DNA of 64,000 bases from Mobula hypostoma. Lineage: Eukaryota. A program made the position numbers and the translations under genes. Shown here in pieces: positions 51,747 to 61,270 of this stretch (position 1 is the first letter of the stretch; each line of letters starts with the position of its first letter). The DNA lies in the NCBI RefSeq assembly GCF_963921235.1, contig NC_086097.1, positions 137,766,001 to 137,830,000 on the forward strand. Reading direction: 5' to 3'. Under the pieces are notes generated by a model. That model was not told where the DNA came from, did no database searches, and worked only from the letters and a program-made list of their open reading frames with translations.

Positions 51747-52993
51747 GTACTTCGAATTTTTCTCTTGGTTTGACACAGTGGAACGGATCTTGTCTTGTGC
51801 AGCTCCTCCCACCCCTCCCCTCCCCACACACCAACCTTGGAGAGGAAGATTAGCAATCTCTTCAGGAGATGGCTGGGGCTGCCAAAGAGCCTGAGCAGCA
51901 TCGCACTCTATGGACACCACAACAAACTGCAACTGCCCTTCAAATCCTTGGAGGAAGAATTCAAGGTGACAAGAGCCAGAGAAGTGGTACAGTACAGGGA
52001 CTCAAGTGATCCAAAGGTAGCTGAACCATACCACGTCCAGTTTCTCATCCAGGCAGTATATGATGTGCTTCCAAGCCCATCAAACCTGCACACATGGGGC
52101 AAGGCAGAGTCACCTGCGTGCCCACTGTGCTCCAAGCGAGGAACCCTGGAGCACATCCTCAGCGGCTGCGCAAGGGCACTTGGTGAGGGACGGTACAGGT
52201 GGAGGTATGATCAGGTCCTGAAGACCATCGCTGAAGCCGTCAGTGCAGGAGTTGAGTGGGTGAAGCGGTCCCGACCCTCCAAGCAGACCATTGCCTTTGT
52301 CAGAGCTGGGGAGCAGCCAATACCTGCCAAAAGAACATCTGCAGGCATTCTGACCTCTGCAAGGGACTGGCAGCTGTTGGTGGACCTCAAATGGCAGCTG
52401 AAGTTCCCCAACCATATCGCAGCCACCACCCTGCAACCAGACATTGTCCTGGTGTCTGAGTCCACTAAGCAAGTGGTGCTGCTGGAGCTGACAGTCCCAT
52501 GGGAAGATAGCTTGGAAGAGGCCTTTGAAAGGAAGCTCTCCAAGTACGCAGGACTGGTCAGCAACTGTCAGCAGGCTGGATGGAGAGCGAGGTGTCTCCC
52601 AGAGGAGGTTGGTTGTAGGGGATTCGTAGCCTGTTCTTTAGCTAGAGCCTTCAGCAATTTGGGCATCGAGGGAGAGAGGAAGAGGAGAACCATCCGCAGT
52701 ATCACCGATGCGGCAGAGAGGGCCTGAAGATGGCTGTGGCTCAAAAGAGGGGAGCCATGGAGTCATAAGTAGCTAACCATCTGGACACAAGCTGGGGTCT
52801 GATCAGCCCTGGCTGGGTCACCTGGAGAAGGTTGTATGATGTTGAAAGACCCGAAACACCCGATGATTCCAGGGACATCACTGAAGATGTGTCCAGAGGC
52901 ATCAGTAGATGTCTGTACACAGAACTTTTCTCTTGCTTTGACACAGTGGAAGGAATCTCGTGCAGCTCCTCCCACCCCTCCCCACCCACCAAC
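51747..52993 (+). repeat. ~80-90 bp imperfect direct repeat (51747-51835 and 52915-52993) bracketing the HERO-like element
   Basis: gtac...ttttctcttg(g/c)tttgacacagtggaa..atct..gtgcagctcctcccacccctcccc..caccaac occurs on both sides. Confidence 0.9.
51836..52914 (+). mobile_element. 5'-truncated HERO-like (R2 superfamily) non-LTR retrotransposon with CCHC knuckle and restriction-like endonuclease
   Basis: ORF 51795..52727 has LFRRWLGLP (post-RT), CPLC..GTLEHILSGC (CCHC), WRYDQV (RHD-like) and PDIVL...LELTVPWE..RKLSKY (PD-(D/E)xK REL domain). A ~190-nt 3' UTR follows. Confidence 0.9.
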
Positions 52994-53569
52994 TGCAGCT
53001 TCATATCACCCTGCTTTCTCTGTTTCCCAGTTCTGCTGAAAAGTCTTCAGCTCGGAAGATAAACTCTTTTTTTCTCTCTTCACGGATGATGTCTGACTTG
53101 CTGAGTATTTCCTACAATTTCTGTTTATATTTCAGGTTTTCGGCATTTGCAGTCTTTCAACTTTCAGGCAGTTTCTATGGACATTGTTTTGTATAAGAGT
53201 AGTTTGATATTTATTAATAAAATTATACTTTTAAAATGCTACAGCCTTTGTATATGAATATGAAAGTGCAAGGACCATGCCTCGATCTATCATTTTTACC
53301 TAAGCACATAAATTAGACCACCTCTTCGTCTTTAATATCCAAGAGAATGCACACAGACTTTCTGTAGCCTGATGATTTGAGCCTCGTGGTACAGAGATTC
53401 CACTGAAGGATTGGTACTGTTCCCACCAGGGCCTTCTCATCCCGTTCACAAAGTGCATTGGACAGACAGATTGACATCTCACGTACTCTGTTTAATCCTG
53501 ATGCCTGTAACCGTTCTGGGAATGCAATTGCCCAGCCTGCATTCTTTGGGAGTTCCTGAAAGCAACATC

Positions 53570-54285
53570 AGCCTAATAATGGCAGAATATAGTATTATTG
53601 GTAAGGCTCTTGACAGTGTGGAGGACCAGAGGGATCTTGGGGTCTGAATCCAGGTTGACTCTGTGGTTAAGAAGGCATACGGTGCATTGGCCTTCATCAA
53701 CTGTGGGATTGAGTTTAAGAGCTGAGAGGTAATGTTACAGCTATATACGACCCTGGTCAGACCCCACTTGGAGTACTGTGCTCAGTTCTGGTCACCTCAC
53801 TACAGGAAGGATGTGGAATCCATAGAAAGGGTGCAGAGGAGATTTACAAGCATGTTGCCTGGATTGGGGAGCATGCCTTATGAGAATAGGTTGAGTGAAC
53901 TTGGCCTTTTCTCCTTGGAGCGGCGGAGGATGAGAGGTGACCTGATAGAGGTGTATAAGATGATGAGAGGCATTGATCGTGTGGATAGTCATTTTCCCAG
54001 GGCTGAAACAGTTGTTACAAGAGGGCACAGGTTTAAAGTGTTGGGGACTAGGTACAGAGGAGATGTCAGGGGTAAATTTTTTTACACAGAGAGTAGTGAG
54101 TGCGTGGAATGGGCTGCCGGCAATGGTGGTGGAGGTGGGTATAATAGGGTCTTTTAAGAGACTCTTGCTTAGAGAAATAGAGGGCGATGGGTAACCCTAG
54201 GTAATTTCTAAGTAAGTACATGTTCAGCACAGCCTTATGGGACAAAGGGCCTGTATTGTGCTGTAGGTCTTCTATGTTTCTAATG
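53570..54285 (+). mobile_element. CR1 LINE 3' fragment
   Basis: ORF 53732..54157 has LYTTLVRPHLEYCAQFWSPHYRKD..ERVQRRFT..RGDLIEVYK; ttctatgtttcta tail. Confidence 0.9.
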
Positions 54286-55704
54286 TTTCAATAATTCTTT
54301 AGCAACAGTTTATTCAAGTCTAACTGTGCATTGTGGAGTCTGGAGGTTGAGCAAGGTGCTTATAGCTGGACTGGAACCCCTACATTATCAATGCTCCGGT
54401 GTGACCAACTTGTTCTGTTGACTAGATTTCAAACCAGAAAACGTTTCTCAGCGGCAAATTGCCTTGATTTGAGATGTGCTGCTTGATAGGGGAGATGTAA
54501 AGGTTCAACAGGAACTACCAAAGGTGGATTGGAAAAAAAGCATAAGAAACTGGGAATTGTTGAAGATCTGAAGTGGAGCAAGGAGGGATTTAATCGGGGA
54601 CCATGACCAATGATTCAGTACCAGTATAATAGGCTGAATGGCCTCCTGCTCTGCTTTGTTAAAGGCTGGACCTGAAGCCAGGACAGAACATAGAGAAAGA
54701 ATGCGAACTGACCAAACAATGCTGGACACTTCACCACTTGGAAGAGATGATAACATTTGTGTTGAGATGCAGGTACAGAGTAGGGCTGAGGTGACTGTAA
54801 GCAGTCAGCATTCCTGTGAATGTGACATTCAGAGAATAGGGAGTCACCCTGTGCTCTCAATGGTAGGGGCTGGGATTGGGTTAGAGATGGTCAGGAATCA
54901 AGCCCTCAAGTTGTGAACAAGGAAAATGTAAGTAAAGACCCTGTTGCTTGAAGTGAATTGGCCAGGTCAACAGCAAGAAAATGCTTAAAGCCCTGGCAAC
55001 TTATGTTATGAGTCAATCAAAGCCAATGAATGCAGTCATCTGATTAAATGCTTATAGTAACTGAAACTAAACATGCTCAGAGCCTGAGCCAGGGCTGGGA
55101 GGCATATTTATTTTCTTTATTCAGTTACAGAGAACATAGTTAAAAGCGAATTGTCGTGAGCGTTACAGTGTACATTCAGTGGCTGCCAGGAAACTAAACC
55201 ATCAAACGACCACACAAAGGTGCTGATCAGACTAGTTAATAATAGGTCAGTGGCACATTGTAGCAGCCGATGCAAAGCGACCCGACCAGCTGAGGTCACC
55301 AAGGGGTTCCCATTAGCTCACTCCCACATTGTTTCTTACCCTAACCTCCCCTCCATTCTCTCTGTCGATACTTCCCAGTGCCCGGTGAAAGCAACCAACA
55401 TAATCAATGAGTCCTTTTGACTTGGTCATTCTCTCTTCTTCTTTTGTACAGTAATGATGAACTCTTAATCGCTCAGTCTTCTTAAGGACCTCCAGCACCC
55501 AGGGCATGCCCATATCCCTGAATCCCTTAATATTTAAAAATCCCCACCCTGACTGCACTCAGCAATTGAGCCATCGTCCTCTTAGCAAACATCCTCTGGA
55601 TGAAGAAATTCTCCTCATCTGTTGGGCCCTGTAAGAATTTTCTACATTTCAATGAGGTCACCTGTCATTCTTCTGAACTCAAGAGAAGTTGAGTGAGTTG
55701 ACAG

Positions 55705-58700
55705 ATGGTAAGAGAGGGCTCCCTCACCTCTGCCCTTCTGACCCTCAACACAGCTGCCCCTCAGGGCTGTGTCCTAAGCCCCCTCCTTTACTCTCTGTAC
55801 ACCCATGACTGTGTTGCCACCCACAGCTCCAATCTGCTAATTAAATTTGCTGATGATACTACATTGATTGGCCTAATCTCAGATAATAACGAGATTGCTT
55901 ACAGAGAAGAAGTCATCACCCTGACAGAGTGGTGTCAAGAAAACAACCTCTCCCTCAATGTTGCAAAAACAAAGGAGCTGGTTGTAGACTAGAGGAGGAA
56001 TGGAGACAGGCTAATCCCTATTGACATCAATGGATCTGGGGTTGAGAAGGTGAACAGCTTTAAGTTCCTTGGCATACACATCACTGAGGGCAGGACTGGC
56101 AGCTTAATATTCCAGGGTTCCGATGTTTCAGATGTGATCGAGGCAGAGGAATGAAAGGTGGCGGAGTGGCATTGCTTGTTAGGGAAAATATTACAGCAGT
56201 GCTCAGGCAGGACAGATTAGAGGGCTTGTCTACTGAGTCCTTGTGGGTGGAGCTGAGAAACAGGAAAGGTATGGCCACATTAGTGGGATTGTATTACAGA
56301 CCACCCAATAGTCAAAGAGAATTGGAAGTGCAAATCTGCAGAGAGATAGCAGGCAACTGCAGGAAACATAAAGTTGTGGTGGTAGGGGATTTTAATTTTC
56401 CATATATTGATTGGGTCTCCCATACTGTCAGGGGTCTAGATGGTTTAGAGTTTGTAAAATGTGTTCAAGAAAGTTTTCTAAATCAATATTTAGAGGGACC
56501 AACTAGAGGGGATGCAATATTGGATCTCCTGTTAGGAAATGAGTTAGGACAAGTGACAGAAGTCTGTGTAGGGGAGCACTTTGGTTCCAGTGATCATAAC
56601 ACCATTAGTTTCAACTTGATCATGGACAAGGATAGATCTGGTCCTAGGGTTGAGGTTCTTAACTGGAAGAAGGCCAAATTTGAAGAAATGAGAAAGGATC
56701 TAAAAAACGTGGATTGGGACAGGTTGTTCTCTGGCATGGATGTGATCGGTAGGTGGGAAGCCTTCAAAGCAGAAATTTTGAGAGTGCAGAATTTGTATGT
56801 TCCTGTCAGGATTAAAGGCAAGGTGAATAGGAATAAGGAACCTTGGTTCTCAAGGGATATTGCAACTCTGATAAAGAAGAAGAGGGAGTTGTATGACGTG
56901 TATAGGAAGCAGGGAGTAAATAAGGTGCTTGAGGAGTATAAGAAGTGCAAGAAAATACTTAAGAAAGAAATCAGGAGGGCTAAAAGAAGACATGAGGTTG
57001 CCTTGGCAGTCAAAGTGAAGGATAATCCAAAGAGCTTTTACAGGTATATTAAGAGCAAAAGAATTGTAAGGGATAAAATTGGTCCTCTTGAAGATCAGAG
57101 TGGTCGGCTATGTGCGGAACCAAAGGAAATGGGGGAGATCTTAAATAGGTTTTTTGCATCTGTGTTTACTAAGGAAACTGGCATGAAGTCTATGGAATTA
57201 AGGGAAACAAGTAGTGAGATCATGGAAATTGTACAGATCGAAAAGGAGGAGGTCCTTGCTGTCTTGAGGAAAATTAAAGTGGATAAATTCCCGGGACCTG
57301 ACAGGTTGTTCCCTCGGACCTTGAAGGAGACTAGTGTTGCAATTGCAGGGGCCCTGGCAGAAATATTTAAAATGTCGCTGTCTACAGGTGAGGTGCCGGA
57401 GGATTGGAGAGTGGTTCATGTTGTTCCGTTGTTTAAAAAAGGATCGAAAAGTAATCCGGGAAATTATAGGCCAGTAAGTTTAACGTCGGTAGTAGGTAAG
57501 TTATTGGAGGGAGTACTAAGAGACAGAATCTACAAGCATTTGGATAGACAGGGACTTATTAGGGAGAGTCAACATGGCTTTGTGCGTGGTAGGTCATGGA
57601 GTTTTTCGAGGAGGTTACCAGGAAAATGGATGAAGGGAAGGCAGTGGATATTGTCTACATGGACTTCAGTAAGGCCTTTGACAAGGTCCCGCATGGGAGG
57701 TTAGTTAGGAAAATTCAGTCGCTAGGTATACATGGAGAGGTGGTAAATTGGATTAGACATTGGCTCGATGGAAGAAGCCAGAGAGTGGTGGTAGAGAATT
57801 GCTTCTCTGAGTGGAGGCCTGTGACTAGTGGTGTGCCACAGGGAGTGGTGTGTCATCTATATCAATGATCTGGATGATAATGTGGTAAATTGGATCAGCA
57901 AGTTTGCTGATGATACAAAGATTGGAGGTGTAGTAGACAGTGAGGAAGGTTTTCAGAGCCTGCAGAGGGACTTGGACCAGCTGGAAAAATGGGCTAAAAA
58001 ATGGCAGATGGAGTTCAATACTGACAAGTGTGAGGTATTGCACGTTGGAAGGACAAACCAACGTAGAACATACAGGGTTAATGGTAAGGCACTGAGGAGT
58101 GCAGTGGAACAGAGGGATCTGGGAATACAGATACAAAATTCCCTAAAAGTGGCGTCACAGGTAGATAGGGTCGTAAAGAGAGCTTTTGGTACATTGGCCT
58201 TTATTAATCAAAGTATTGAGTATAAGAGCTGGAATGTTATGATGAGGTTGTATAAGGCATTGGTGAGGCCGAATCTGGAGTATTGTGTTCAGTTTTGGTC
58301 ACCAAATTACAGGAAGGATATAAATAAGGTTGAAAGAGTGCAGAGAAGGTTTACAAGGATGTTGCCGGGACTTGAGAAACTCAGTTACAGAGAAAGATTG
58401 AATAGGTTGGGACTTTATTCCCTGGAGCTTAGAAGAATGAGGGGAGATCTGATAGAGGTATATAAAATTATGATGGGTATAGATAGAATGAATGCAAGCA
58501 GGCTTCTTCCACTGAGGCAAGGGGAGAAAAAAACCAGAGGACATGGGTTTAGGGTGAGGGGGGAAAAGTTTAAAGGGAACATTAGTGGGGGGCTTCTTCA
58601 CACAGAGAATGGTGGGAGTATGGAATGAGCTGCCAGACGAGGTGGTAAATGCGGGTTCTTTTTTAACATTTAAGAATAAATTGGACAGATACATGGATGG

Positions 58701-59420
58701 GAGGTGTATGGAGGGATATGGTCCATGTGCAGGTCAGTGGGACTAGGCAGAAAATGGTTCGGCACAGCCAAGAAGGGCCAAAAGGCCTGTTTCTGTGCTG
58801 TAGTTTCTATGGTTTCTATGGTTTCTATGGATCTCACGTGGTCTGTACGTACCGGCTGTGTGGTGAAAAAAGCACAACATGGCCTCTTTCACCTCAGGCG
58901 GTTGAAGAAGTTTGGTATGGGTCCCCAAATCCTTTCTACCAGGGCACGGTTGAGAACATCCTGGCTGGCTGCATCACTGCCTGGTATGGGAACTGTACCT
59001 CCCTTAATCGCAGGACTCTGCAGAGAGTGGTGCGGACAGCCCAGCACAGCTGTAGATGTGAGCTTCCCACTATTCAGGACATTTACAGAGACAGGTGTGT
59101 AAAAAGGGTCTGAAGGATCACTGGGGACCCAAGTCACCCGAACCACAAACTGTTCCAGCTGCTACCATCCGGGAAATATAACCGCAACATAAAAGCCAGG
59201 ACCAACAGGCTCCGGGACTGCTTCTTCCACCAGGCCATCAGACTGCTTAATTCACACTGATACAATTGTATTTCTATGTTATATTGACTGTCCTGTTGTA
59301 TATATTATTTATTATAAATTACTATAAATTGCACATTGCACATTTAGATGGAGACGTAACCTAAAGATTTTTACTCCTCATTTAGGTGAAGGATGTAAGT
59401 AATAAAATCAATTCAATTCA
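55705..59420 (+). mobile_element. Rex/Babar-type LINE (55705-56088 plus 58830-59420) split by a CR1 insertion
   Basis: [24 protein letters not shown]...KFLGIHITE on the left joins DLTWS...VVKKAQ..LFHLRRLKKFG on the right; aataaaatcaattcaattcaa tail. Confidence 0.9.
56089..58829 (+). mobile_element. Young 5'-truncated CR1 LINE (EN plus RT) with (TTTCTATGG)3 tail
   Basis: A 517-aa open frame (GGGVALL, YYRPP, GDFNFP, SDHN, NYRPVSLTS, QHGF) is followed by YMDFSKAFDKVPH and YINDLD..KFADDT in shifted frames, caused by two apparent short deletions (~57595 and ~57845). Confidence 0.95.
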
Positions 59421-59859
59421 AAACAAGTCCATTCTGGAAAATGTCCTCATATGAGAAATGTACTATTTAAGAAATTATTCTACTGAAATTTTACAGCACT
59501 CCCTCTATCACAATTATCATCTTCCTTGGGTAGGGAGTCCAGGGCTGCCCCCAGTGTTCCAGTGCCACTTGTGTTGCCCCAGATACCTACACTGGCGGTC
59601 TCATCTATCGCCGTGTTTTCTATCTCCTTTTCTTAAATAATATAGTTACAGTTACTGCCTTCCAATCTATTCTAGAACATACTAAATTTTGGAAGGTAGC
59701 AATCAGTGCATCCATTAGTAATTTTCTTCAAAATCCTTGGATGCTGTTAATTAGGTCACAGGGATTTATCACTTTTGAGTCCCACTAACTTCTCCAATGC
59801 TAATTTTTTGCCTCTGCTTATTTGTTCCCACACCTCATTCGCATTCACATAAAGCTATT

Positions 59860-60110
59860 TTGTATGGAGTGATGTTGAGAATAAACATGAGATCAAAGTG
59901 GCCAGCTCTTCTTCAAACTGTACCTGTCACAAGATCTTTTGCAGCCAGCCACCGAAGAGGTTTAGTATTCATCCGAAGAGGACACCTCTGACAATGTTGC
60001 TGCCCCTCAGTTCCAGATTGACGTGCAGGCTTAGATCCTGGCTTCAGGTCCCCGATAAGAGGACTTAAACCCAGGCTTCTTTGGCTTTTAAGAAACAGTG
60101 AAAGAATAAT
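59860..60110 (-). mobile_element. Ancient DeuSINE (SacSINE1/AmnSINE1-like) remnant; similar remnants at ~12620-12800, 41190-41370, 43080-43270, 51000-51210 and 62660-62910
   Basis: ctcttcttcaaac...aagatctttt...ttcatccgaagaggacacctctgacaatg..cccctcagt...ggacttaaaccca resembles the recalled Deu-domain SINE consensus. Confidence 0.6.
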
Positions 60111-60944
60111 CTGCACAGAAGGCAAAGAAAAAGCAAATAAAACTAAAATTACCATGGAAAAAATAAACAGTGCACGTGGATTTTAACATCAAACAGGTCC
60201 CTTTAGAGTAATTGAGGTAAAGTAGAAATGGAAATATCTAAATTATTATTTTTTTGCTGATTTTTAAAATTGAAAATGTAAATACTGATTCTCATCTTGA
60301 ATCCAAGCTGGCAGAAATAGCATAAGGAATTATAGGAAAAGGGGAGTCCAAAAGCAACATGCTAAATGAGACGTCGGATTTACTGTTGGGTTTGCAAAGC
60401 ATTGGGTTTTGATGGAATTCTGCTGCATTTACTACAAGAAATGAAACCAGAAGGGGGGATTTAGTGGTGGAACATTTTAGGACACTTATCCAGCTCTTTT
60501 TCCCTCTAATGATGTTTTTGTAAATGGCTGGTCAGTCAATGTATGAGAAGGAGATAATTACTTCTGAAAAAAAAACAATGTAGAGTATCTGTTTGAAGGC
60601 TACCTCTGTACTTCTGGAGGGCTCCTCATATCCAGCGGTGTGGAATTAGTCTTGAGAGGGAAAGGGCAAAGGTCAAGGGATGAAATGAATATAGCTGAAG
60701 TGTAGTTTAACATTAAGCACGCATCTGATCCCTCCAAAAAGCCTGGCTAAACTGAACACCCGAGATCAAGAAGGAAGTTGTTAGGTGGATAATAAATTGA
60801 TGAAGTAAGTGGAACCAGAACTAATTTTTGAAAGTACTAGTTACCCTTGACTACCAGAAAGCAGAGGTTGAACCTTGGTTTTGCAGACTGCATTTATTCA
60901 TGATCTGGGTGGAGTTAGTGTGACCTGGTCAAACAGGTTTTGTA

Positions 60945-61270
60945 GTAACAAGCGAACTGCTGGAATAGCTCGGTGAGTTGAGCTGCATCTGCAAGAGGAA
61001 AGGAATTGCCGACGTTTCAGGTTGAAACCCTGCATCAGGATGGAGGGTGGAGAGGCGAGATGACCAATAAGGAGCAGAATGGTGAGAAAGGTGATTGGTG
61101 GACTGAGGAGGGACGCAAGATATCTAGCAGGTAGTGCCAGAAAGGTGAGCGGGACAGGAGTTGGAAGAAAGTTGGTGGTGATAGATAGATGAAAGCAGAC
61201 AAAGGGAGAGGAAAAAGAGTAAGGAAGCATATAGTCAACAACCATGATTCTCCCTTCCCTCCATTCGTGT
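60945..61270 (-). mobile_element. Penelope-like 3' UTR/pLTR remnant with variant hammerhead
   Basis: The minus strand reads atcCTGATGCagggtttcaacctGAAACGTCggc (~61007-61041), preceded by a polypyrimidine tract. Confidence 0.7.

Noticed and set aside
51795..52727. 310-aa ORF as a domesticated host gene
   Set aside because: It starts at a non-ATG codon within the flanking repeat, is 5'-truncated and has a retrotransposon-type 3' end. There is no promoter or splice evidence.
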